A stretch of DNA of 32,000 nt from Lachnoclostridium phytofermentans ISDg (GTDB taxonomy: Bacteria > Bacillota > Clostridia > Lachnospirales > Lachnospiraceae): NCBI RefSeq assembly GCF_000018685.1, contig NC_010001.1, positions 3,504,038 through 3,536,037 of the forward strand, given 5' to 3'. Positions within the stretch are counted from its first letter, which is position 1, and every line of letters starts with the position of its first letter. Below the pieces are notes generated by a model. The model saw only the letters and a program-made list of their open reading frames with translations, had not been told where the DNA came from and did no database searches. The position numbers were made by a program, and so were the translations under genes. This document shows positions 8,386-16,177 of the stretch, piece after piece.

Positions 8386-8414
8386 ATTCTACCTTTTTTG
8401 ATTAATTTTGTCAA
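8386..8414 (-). promoter_or_regulatory. Sigma-A-type promoter for the kinase-agrB-agrD operon
   Basis: Minus strand TTGACA (8414-8409), 17 nt, TAGAAT (8391-8386). Confidence 0.5.
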
Positions 8415-8481
8415 AGCAATAACTGACATTTACTAATAAAAATAATAAAAAATAATAAATTCATTTTACCTTATTTTGTAA

Positions 8482-8510
8482 TTGACTTCTCTTCTTTACT
8501 ATGTTATAGT
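8482..8510 (+). promoter_or_regulatory. Sigma-A-type promoter for the csp transcript
   Basis: TTGACT (8482-8487), 17 nt, TATAGT (8505-8510). Confidence 0.55.
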
Positions 8511-8538
8511 TAGAGGGTAATATAAATGCGATTTTGAT

Positions 8539-8596
8539 TCACATATTTTTGTAAGTCATTAACATTTAATGATTTACAAAAATATGTGATTTTTTT
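8539..8596 (+). terminator. Leader hairpin plus T-run (candidate attenuator) in the csp 5' UTR
   Basis: TCACATATTTTTGTAA (8539-8554) pairs perfectly with TTACAAAAATATGTGA (8574-8589). The inner TCATTAA-CAT-TTAATGA extends the stem. Seven Ts follow at 8590-8596. Confidence 0.5.
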
Positions 8597-8725
8597 ATGA
8601 GCTAATCACTCGTAAGCATTAAGTGCAGTCGCTTTTTAGTTTTAGACAGTAAGGTCACTGTAAAGTTTCTTTATTGTTCAAAAGACAGCAAGCTGTCAAA
8701 TATTCAATATTTTAGGAGGTATCTT

Positions 8726-8929
8726 ATGAACAAGGGTACAGTAAAATGGTTCAATGCACAGAAGGGCTTTGGTTTCATCACAAATAGCGAGACTGGTGAA
8801 GATGTATTCGTACATTTTTCCGGTATTGCATCTGAAGGCTTTAAGTCTTTAGAAGAAGGTCAGAATGTAACTTTCGAGATTACTAAAGGCGCTCGTGGTA
8901 TGCAGGCAACTAACGTTAGCATTGCATAA
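8726..8929 (+). CDS. Cold-shock protein, CspA family
   Basis: The 67-aa product [18 protein letters not shown]...VFVHFS carries the RNP1/RNP2 motifs. AGGAGG lies 7 nt upstream. Confidence 0.95.
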   Translation: MNKGTVKWFNAQKGFGFITNSETGEDVFVHFSGIASEGFKSLEEGQNVTFEITKGARGMQATNVSIA

Positions 8930-8948
8930 TCGAATAAAGATTTAAGAA

Positions 8949-8996
8949 AGAGTCTCCGTCTTCAAGCAATAGCTTGAAGACGGAGACTCTTTCTCT
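8949..8996 (+). terminator. Intrinsic terminator after csp
   Basis: Perfect 18-bp stem GAGTCTCCGTCTTCAAGC / GCTTGAAGACGGAGACTC followed by TTTCT. Confidence 0.75.
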
Positions 8997-9049
8997 AGGA
9001 GAATACACTTCGTATTTGAACCTGAAGTGTGAGTGATCATCCTTCGCAT

Positions 9050-9089
9050 AAAAAAAGAGCAAACCATAACTTGGGTTGCTCTTTTTTTT
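9050..9089. terminator. Bidirectional terminator that serves the pyrophosphatase gene on the minus strand
   Basis: AAAAAAAGAGCAAACC...GGGTTGCTCTTTTTTTT. Confidence 0.7.
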
Positions 9090-9184
9090 ATGACAAGGAA
9101 AGTTCGTGAAACATACTTTCACTTGTCATGAAATATTGTTAAGCTAAAAGTTATAAACTTCTTACTACACAATTTTGATTCACA

Positions 9185-10831
9185 TTATTCTTGCATTGCT
9201 GCAACAATCGCAGGAATCAACTGTTTCTTTCTTGATACCACACCATCTAACTTATACCCATTGGAGACTTCCTTAACATGAAAAGCGTTCTCAACTACTT
9301 GATTTGCCATGGAACCAACACAGAGTAATTCCGTTGATTCACGTATAATATTTGTTAACATAAAGAATATCATATCTACTCCATGCTCTTCTCTTGCCTT
9401 CTCAAGATATGGATATAAACGATCCTTGATTTCTGAAAGTTCTAAAGCATTTAAAGAGTTAATTTGTCCTACACCAAAGGTTGTATCTCCTACAGAGAAA
9501 TCTTTATAGTCTTGATAGAAAATTTCATCTGCTGATTTTGATTTTAAATTACTTCCTGCTTCAAATATCTCTCCTGCAAATTCTGTTACATCAACTCCCG
9601 CAATCTTTGCAAGATGTTCTGCTGCCTCTATATCAAACTTAGTACAAGTTGGTGAACGATACATTAATGTATCCGAAATAATAGCTGCACATAGAAGTCC
9701 TGCAATCGATGGTTCTATCTCAACACGATTTTCGCAGTACATCAGATAAACAATCGTTGCTGTACAGCCAAGTGGTTGATTACGGAAAAATACTGGTTTC
9801 ATTGTCTCAATGGTACCTAGACGATGATGATCAATGATTTCTAAGATTTCTGCATCTTCAATTCCGTCCACTGCCTGGTCTTTCTCATTATGATCCACCA
9901 TAATCACTTGTTTTCTTTCCATATTCAATAAGTTACGTCTAGAAATCATTCCACGATAAATTCCTTTATGATCAAGAATAGGGAAATCTCGATTTCTTTG
10001 TTTTGCCATTACGTTCTTTATCTCATCAACGTAAGCATCCGTACGGAAGGTGATTAAATTATCTTGAATCATAAATTGACTGATTGGCATACTCTGGTTC
10101 ATTAATCTTGCAACTGTATACGTATCATGTGGTGTACTTATAATCGTACAGCCTCTTTCCTTTGCCAGTTTCATGATAGTCATAGAAACTTTAGCACCTT
10201 CACATACTACAATACAACCTGCTTTCATCTCAATTGCACAAAGCTGAGATTCATAACGATTTCCTAGAATAACTAAATCATTCTCTTCTATATAATCTTC
10301 CATTAAGTCTGGATTTGCAGCGGCAATTAATACCTTTCCTTGTTCAAAGATTGTATGCTCGTCACCAACCAAAAGAGTACCTTCCAGCGTTTCTAAGATG
10401 TTAATGTAAGGAGTCTTTGCTTCTGCTAGAATACGATTATCATATACTTCCATATAAGATGTAGTGATGTCACCAGTCGTAATAATACCCTTTAATTTTC
10501 CTTTTTCCGTAATTGGTAGAGTTGCAACATTATTTTTCCTCATTAAACTCCATGCTTTTTTTAAGGATAAGGTATCGTCAACTCCTTCTGTTTCTCTTAT
10601 CTCAATATCACGTACTTGTGTCTTAACATCAGCAACATATTCTGGTGGTGTTATTTTAAATCGTTCCAGAATATATTGAGTTTCCGAGTTAATCTGTCCT
10701 GCACGTTTTGCTACATAGTCATTACCTGTTAATTTACGTTTTAATGCTGCATAAGAGATTGCAGAACAGATGGAATCTGTATCTGGATTCTTATGGCCAA
10801 TTACTATTACTTTTTTCGCATTTGTTATCAT
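9185..10831 (-). CDS. CBS-domain-containing family II (DHH/DHHA2) inorganic pyrophosphatase
   Basis: The motifs GHKNPDTDS, a central CBS pair/DRTGG-like insert, VDHNE, DHHRLG and a C-terminal DHHA2-like region are all present. 548 aa. Confidence 0.85.
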   Translation of the reverse strand: MITNAKKVIVIGHKNPDTDSICSAISYAALKRKLTGNDYVAKRAGQINSETQYILERFKITPPEYVADVKTQVRDIEIRETEGVDDTLSLKKAWSLMRKNNVATLPITEKGKLKGIITTGDITTSYMEVYDNRILAEAKTPYINILETLEGTLLVGDEHTIFEQGKVLIAAANPDLMEDYIEENDLVILGNRYESQLCAIEMKAGCIVVCEGAKVSMTIMKLAKERGCTIISTPHDTYTVARLMNQSMPISQFMIQDNLITFRTDAYVDEIKNVMAKQRNRDFPILDHKGIYRGMISRRNLLNMERKQVIMVDHNEKDQAVDGIEDAEILEIIDHHRLGTIETMKPVFFRNQPLGCTATIVYLMYCENRVEIEPSIAGLLCAAIISDTLMYRSPTCTKFDIEAAEHLAKIAGVDVTEFAGEIFEAGSNLKSKSADEIFYQDYKDFSVGDTTFGVGQINSLNALELSEIKDRLYPYLEKAREEHGVDMIFFMLTNIIRESTELLCVGSMANQVVENAFHVKEVSNGYKLDGVVSRKKQLIPAIVAAMQE

Positions 10832-10844
10832 ACATATCCTCCTG

Positions 10845-11309
10845 CTAGAGATTCTTTACCTTAAAGTCTTTCTCCGCTTCTCTTTTCTGATCTTTCTTTG
10901 CAATATCCTGTCGCTTGTCATAGAGCTTCTTACCCCTAGCTACTCCGATTTCCATCTTTACTAGACTATCTTTTAGATAAATCGTTAACGGAACCAAAGT
11001 ATATCCTTTTTGCTGGATCTGACCAACAATTTTATTTATCTGAAATTTATGAAGTAATAACTTTTTAACACGCAATGGATCTTTGTTAAATATATTTCCT
11101 TTTTCATATGGGCTTATATGCATGTTATAAACATAAACTTCCCCATTTTCAATACGCATAAAGGATTCTTTAATACTGCATTTTCCCATACGTAGGGATT
11201 TTACTTCGGTGCCGTGTAATACGACACCAGCTTCATACGTTTCCTCTATGAAATAGTCGAATCTGGCTTTTTTATTATTTGCAATTAGCTTAATACCTTC
11301 TTTTGCCAT
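10845..11309 (-). CDS. smpB: SsrA-binding protein SmpB
   Basis: The product reads [32 protein letters not shown]...[10 protein letters not shown], the classic SmpB pattern. Confidence 0.95.
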   Translation of the reverse strand: MAKEGIKLIANNKKARFDYFIEETYEAGVVLHGTEVKSLRMGKCSIKESFMRIENGEVYVYNMHISPYEKGNIFNKDPLRVKKLLLHKFQINKIVGQIQQKGYTLVPLTIYLKDSLVKMEIGVARGKKLYDKRQDIAKKDQKREAEKDFKVKNL

Positions 11310-11331
11310 GTCCTATTCCCCCTGATTCTTT

Positions 11332-13482
11332 TTATTCTTCGATGCGATTTGCCCTACCTACGATAGAAAAATTAATCGTCCGCATCAGTTTGTCAGTATC
11401 CTCAACTCGGATAACGACAGCCTCTCCTAATTTATAGATTTTCTTGGTATGCTCTCCTGTTAACAAATAATGTTCTTCATCATAAATATAATAATCATCA
11501 TGCATATCTGCAAGTCGAATCATACCTTCTACTGTATTCGGAAGTTCCACATACATACCCCAAGAAGTAACTCCTGAGATTACTCCTTCAAAGGTTTGCC
11601 CAATAAATTGGCTCATATACTCAACTTTCTTGAGTTTTTCTACTTCTCTTTCAGACTCATCTGCCCTACGTTCTGCTAAACTTGATTGCCTAGCTACCTC
11701 ATTTAATATGCTCTCATAATGATTGATTCGTTTTTCCTTTAAACCTCCACGTAAGTTTTCCTTTATAATTCTATGAATCTGAAGGTCTGGATAACGTCTG
11801 ATTGGAGAAGTAAAATGAGAATAGTATTTGGTAGACAAACCAAAATGTCCATCACAAGTCGTGGTGTACTTTGCCTGCTTCATACTACGAAGTGTCAATC
11901 TACTAATTAATGCTTCCTCAGGCTTACCATCAATCTTAATTAGTAGTTTCTGCAATTCCTTTGGATGAATTTCATCCTGCCCGATTCTCATGGTATATCC
12001 AAAATTATTGATAAATACACTAAGCTTCTGTATCTTTTCTAAGTCTGGGTTCTCATGAGTACGATAGACAAACGGTAACTCTTGCCAGAAGAAATCTTCT
12101 GCAACAGTTTCATTGGCAATTAACATAAAATCTTCAATAATCTTCGTTGCTTTATTTCTTTCATATGGCTTGATATCTGTAGGTCTACCATCAGAATCTA
12201 ATATAATCTTACTTTCCGGAAAATCAAAGTCAATGGAACCGCGCTTTCTACGCTTTTCACGAAGTATATCTGCTAATTCTAACATTAATTCAAACATTGG
12301 AACAAGTTCTTTATACTCTTCTATCTCTGCTTCGTCATGATCCTCTATGATCTTTTTCACAGAAGTATAGGTCATTCTTCGATCAACATTAATCACCGTT
12401 TCTGCAATTCGATGACCAACCACATTTCCTTTTTCATCTATCTCCATCATACAGGATAATGCAAGACGGTCACTGCCCGCATTTAAGGAACATATACCAT
12501 TCGATAATTTGTGAGGAAGCATTGGAATTACTCTATCTACTAAATATACACTGGTTCCTCTCTTTAATGCTTCCTTATCAAGTGGAGAATCTTCTGTAAC
12601 ATAGTTACTAACGTCTGCAATGTGAACACCTAATTGATAGATATCACCTTTCTTAGATAATGTGATTGCATCGTCTAAGTCCTTAGCATCTTCGCCGTCT
12701 ATGGTTACTGTTTGTAGATTTCTTAGATCTACTCTTCCGCCAATATCTGCACTGCTTACTTCTTCCCCAATACGTTCTACCTGTTTCATTACTTCGTCTG
12801 GAAATTCTGTTGGCAATCCATTTTCTAATATTACCGATACAACATCAACACCAGGGTCGTTGATATGACCAATAATTTTTATAATCTTACCCTCAGGATT
12901 TTTTGTTTCGCTACCGTAATCCGTTAGCTGTACTAATACCTTATGGCCATTTACTGCGCCTTTGGTATGTTCCTTAGGAATAAAAACATCACTATTAAAC
13001 TTTGTATTGTCAGCAATAACAAATCCAAAGTTCTTGCTTTTTTGGAAGGTTCCAACAAGTTCAGTTACGTTTCTCTCTAGGATACTGATAACCGCTCCCT
13101 CTCTTCGTCTTCCACTTTGTTCTTCAAAGATCGCTATCTGTACACGGTCTTTATTCAATGCACCTTTGGTTTCGCTTTCTGGGATAAAGATATCTTCTTC
13201 ATTTTCTTCCCCCTCTATTTTAACAAATCCAAAGCCTCTTGTGGTACCAGAAAATATTCCCGTTTTTATATTACCATTCGTTTCTTTATATCTTCCATTC
13301 CCATCTAGCATAATCTTCCCATCAGATATCAGAGAATCCATAACTATTTTTAAATCATCTCTCTCATCCTTTGGAACTTGAAGTAAACTTGAAAGTTCTC
13401 GAAACTTCATTGGACGATAAGATCTGTCTGTTATTACTTGAAGCAATAACTCTTTTTTATTATTTAATATTTCTTTTTCCAT
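11332..13482 (-). CDS. rnr: Ribonuclease R
   Basis: It has cold-shock-like N-terminal domains, an RNB core (DGEDAKDLDDA, HFGL, YSHFTSPIRRYPD) and a C-terminal S1 domain. I prefer the start at 13482 (MEKEIL...), which has GGGAG upstream. Confidence 0.95.
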   Translation of the reverse strand: MEKEILNNKKELLLQVITDRSYRPMKFRELSSLLQVPKDERDDLKIVMDSLISDGKIMLDGNGRYKETNGNIKTGIFSGTTRGFGFVKIEGEENEEDIFIPESETKGALNKDRVQIAIFEEQSGRRREGAVISILERNVTELVGTFQKSKNFGFVIADNTKFNSDVFIPKEHTKGAVNGHKVLVQLTDYGSETKNPEGKIIKIIGHINDPGVDVVSVILENGLPTEFPDEVMKQVERIGEEVSSADIGGRVDLRNLQTVTIDGEDAKDLDDAITLSKKGDIYQLGVHIADVSNYVTEDSPLDKEALKRGTSVYLVDRVIPMLPHKLSNGICSLNAGSDRLALSCMMEIDEKGNVVGHRIAETVINVDRRMTYTSVKKIIEDHDEAEIEEYKELVPMFELMLELADILREKRRKRGSIDFDFPESKIILDSDGRPTDIKPYERNKATKIIEDFMLIANETVAEDFFWQELPFVYRTHENPDLEKIQKLSVFINNFGYTMRIGQDEIHPKELQKLLIKIDGKPEEALISRLTLRSMKQAKYTTTCDGHFGLSTKYYSHFTSPIRRYPDLQIHRIIKENLRGGLKEKRINHYESILNEVARQSSLAERRADESEREVEKLKKVEYMSQFIGQTFEGVISGVTSWGMYVELPNTVEGMIRLADMHDDYYIYDEEHYLLTGEHTKKIYKLGEAVVIRVEDTDKLMRTINFSIVGRANRIEE

Positions 13483-13610
13483 TCTAACTCCCATCTATGT
13501 GCTTTAGCACACATATAAATCAAGATGTTTAAACTCCTTTTCGTTTTACACTGTTACAGAACTTATTTTTTGTATCATAAGTAATGATATAATAAAATCA
13601 CTAACTAATG

Positions 13611-13720
13611 AGAAGCTATATTATCGGAACCAGTAACGTATTCCGATAATCGGATTTACGGTGCAAAGAACGCACCTTTTTCTAGAATCTGGTTTATCAG
13701 AATCAGCTTCGCATCTTCTC
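13611..13720. other. Unassigned structured element (long imperfect hairpin with two internal hairpins) in the secG-rnr spacer
   Basis: GAGAAGC at 13611 pairs with GCTTC..CTTCTC near 13705-13720. Inside are TATCGGAA/TTCCGATA (8 bp) and GGTGC-AAAGAAC-GCACC. The latter is followed by TTTTT on the plus strand. Confidence 0.3.
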
Positions 13721-13931
13721 ATAAGTTATATTAATTCTTGTTTCTTTTATTATTCGTTTTATGTAGCTTTATTATAATCAAAATCAACAGAAACTTAATT
13801 CTTCTGAATTAAAATACGTGATTTAAATAATTTCTTTTACCTTTTCAAAATATACTCTATTTTGGGCTCTTCCATTATAACATGACATGTGCTATAGCAA
13901 AAGAAAAAAGTGAAAAGTATAACTATAACCT

Positions 13932-14004
13932 AAAAAAACGAGAACAAATGGAACTCCACCTGGAAGCTAACATGCTTCTCTTTGGAATCATCCACTTATT
14001 CTCG
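13932..14004 (-). terminator. Intrinsic terminator after secG
   Basis: Minus strand CGAGAATAAGTGGA...TCCATTTGTTCTCG forms a 14-bp stem with 2 G-U pairs, followed by a 7-T run. Confidence 0.6.
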
Positions 14005-14035
14005 CTTTACATTTTACTTATGTGCAATCAATTTT

Positions 14036-14281
14036 CTACAATCCCCAATTCATATTGAGAACTATAGAAATAACGATGAAAAGTGCTCCTAAAAGCTTTG
14101 TAATCTTAACAAGCGCGCCTTCCATGGAACGTCCTTTGTTCTTTCCCCAATAAGTATCTGCAACGCCGTTGATTGAACCAGAAAGTCCTGCAGACTTACC
14201 TTCTTGCATTAATACAACAACTACTAATCCTAAACAGATGAGAACGTATAAAACTGTAACTATCGCTCTTAATATTTCCAT
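14036..14281 (-). CDS. secG: Preprotein translocase subunit SecG
   Basis: Two TM segments flank the G-rich loop QEGKSAGLSGSI. The ATG at 14281 has AGGAGG 8 nt upstream; the track's GTG start sits too close to the SD. Confidence 0.9.
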   Translation of the reverse strand: MEILRAIVTVLYVLICLGLVVVVLMQEGKSAGLSGSINGVADTYWGKNKGRSMEGALVKITKLLGALFIVISIVLNMNWGL

Positions 14282-14360
14282 CAATAACACCTCCTAAAAG
14301 TCACACTGAATATTTTACCACAATCGCGGAAATAAGACAAGTAGTAACTGATTTTGGAAT

Positions 14361-15905
14361 TTATTTTTTGATTAATAAAGATTTTCCAGTCATTTCTTTT
14401 GGTTGTTCCATCTTCATCATTTCAATTAAGGTTGGAATGATATCAGCTAAACAGCCACCTTCTCTTAAAGTATAGGAATCATCGTAGTTTATTAAAATAA
14501 ATGGAACTGGATTTGTAGTATGAGCTGTAAATGGCTCTCCATTTGTATAGTCTACTAACTGCTCTGCATTTCCATGATCTGCGCAGATAAACATCTGTCC
14601 ATCAACAGAAAGAAGTGCATCATAAGCCCTACCTACACACGCATCCACTGCTTCTACTGCCTTGATCGCTGCATCAGAGATTCCAGTATGACCAACCATA
14701 TCTGGGTTAGCAAAGTTAACGATGATCACATCGTATTTTAGTGATGTGATTGCTTCTACTAACTTATCCGCTACTGCATTCGCACTCATCTCTGGCTGAA
14801 GATCATAAGTTGCAACTTTGGGAGAATTCACTAGGATACGATCCTCTCCTTCATTTGGTGCTTCCACACCACCGTTAAAGAAGAATGTAACGTGAGCATA
14901 TTTCTCTGTCTCAGCAATTCTAGCCTGAGTCTTTCCATGTTCAGCAAGGTATTCTCCAAATGTATTTGTAATTGAAACCTTTTCAAATGCTACGCTCTTA
15001 TTAGGGATTGTAACATCATACTCTGAGAAACAAACATAAGTAAGAGGTAATCTTCCGCTCTTACGAACAAAGCCGTCAAAATCATCTGTACAGAATGCTC
15101 TTGTAATTTCTCTTGCACGGTCAGGACGGAAGTTAAAGAAGATTATAGAATCATTTGCTTTAATAGGAGCAATTGCCTTACCATCCTTAACTACTACAGT
15201 AGGTAAAACGAACTCGTCATTCACGCCTTCTGCATAAGAAGCAGCTACTGCCTCTACTGCATTCGCAGCTTCTACACCCTCGCCATCCACTAAAGCAGCA
15301 TATGCTTTTTCTACACGGTCCCAACGATTGTCACGGTCCATAACATAGTAACGTCCAGTTACAGATGCAATACGACCTACTCCTAGCTCTGCCATTTTAG
15401 CTTCTAAAGCTTCCATAAAGCTCTTACCAGAGGTTGGAGCAGTATCTCTACCATCTAAAAATGCATGTACATAAACATTCTCTAAGCCATGTCTCTTCGC
15501 AAGCTCTAATAATCCATAAAGATGTGTAATATGACTATGAACACCACCATCCGATAATAATCCGAATAAATGAAGTGCTGTATTATTCTTTTTACAATTC
15601 TCTACTGCTTTTATTAACTGAGTATTTTCAAAGAAATCACCATCTTGAATTTCTTTTGTTATACGGGTTAACTCCTGATATACAATTCTTCCGGCACCCA
15701 TATTAAGATGTCCAACTTCAGAGTTTCCCATCTGTCCCTCTGGAAGACCAACTGCCATCCCAGAAGCATTACCTTTTACAAATGGATAATCTTTCATCAA
15801 TTTATCAAGAACAGGCTTTTTGGCTAATGCTATTGCATTACCTTCTGTCTTCTCGTTTAATCCATATCCATCAAGTATCATAAGTACGGTCGGTTTTTTG
15901 CTCAT
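14361..15905 (-). CDS. gpmI: 2,3-bisphosphoglycerate-independent phosphoglycerate mutase
   Basis: The product carries LMILDGYG, GNSEVGHLNMGAGR and ADHGNAE. 514 aa. Confidence 0.95.
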   Translation of the reverse strand: MSKKPTVLMILDGYGLNEKTEGNAIALAKKPVLDKLMKDYPFVKGNASGMAVGLPEGQMGNSEVGHLNMGAGRIVYQELTRITKEIQDGDFFENTQLIKAVENCKKNNTALHLFGLLSDGGVHSHITHLYGLLELAKRHGLENVYVHAFLDGRDTAPTSGKSFMEALEAKMAELGVGRIASVTGRYYVMDRDNRWDRVEKAYAALVDGEGVEAANAVEAVAASYAEGVNDEFVLPTVVVKDGKAIAPIKANDSIIFFNFRPDRAREITRAFCTDDFDGFVRKSGRLPLTYVCFSEYDVTIPNKSVAFEKVSITNTFGEYLAEHGKTQARIAETEKYAHVTFFFNGGVEAPNEGEDRILVNSPKVATYDLQPEMSANAVADKLVEAITSLKYDVIIVNFANPDMVGHTGISDAAIKAVEAVDACVGRAYDALLSVDGQMFICADHGNAEQLVDYTNGEPFTAHTTNPVPFILINYDDSYTLREGGCLADIIPTLIEMMKMEQPKEMTGKSLLIKK

Positions 15906-16024
15906 AATTTATTCTCCTTTTGTTCATTAGAATTATGTCAAAACTTCAAACGGTCAAGTATTTCCGATGTAGTGCTCTTTTCATTTGTTAAAATTTTAGC
16001 AAATGCACCACTTCATTCTTTACT

Positions 16025-16052
16025 ATCATAACATGAATTATTCATTAGTCAA
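16025..16052 (-). promoter_or_regulatory. Candidate sigma-A promoter for gpmI
   Basis: Minus strand TTGACT (16052-16047), 16 nt, TATGAT (16030-16025). Confidence 0.45.
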
Positions 16053-16061
16053 GAGGATTTC

Positions 16062-16115
16062 TATGTCCGCTATTCCTCCTATGTCCATTATTCCTTCTAT
16101 GTCCGTTATTCCTTC
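16062..16115. repeat. 3 x 18-bp tandem direct repeat just upstream of the gpmI -35
   Basis: The three units are TATGTCCGCTATTCCTCC, TATGTCCATTATTCCTTC and TATGTCCGTTATTCCTTC. Confidence 0.8.
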
Positions 16116-16177
16116 CGACGTTTCTAATTATCGTGATGGTTGGAAGTTTTGAAATCATATTTCATCCCATTTATACC

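Noticed and set aside
8362-8480. LytTR-type paired direct repeats in the agr promoter region
   Set aside because: Only one loose match (TCAGTTATT) lies near the -35. There is no second copy at the expected spacing of about 12 nt, so I do not claim an AgrA-type site.
12113-13381. Several plus-strand ORFs (75, 68, 139 and 63 aa) inside rnr
   Set aside because: They are antisense to a strongly supported RNase R gene. Their Ser/Ile/Leu-rich composition is typical of shadow ORFs.
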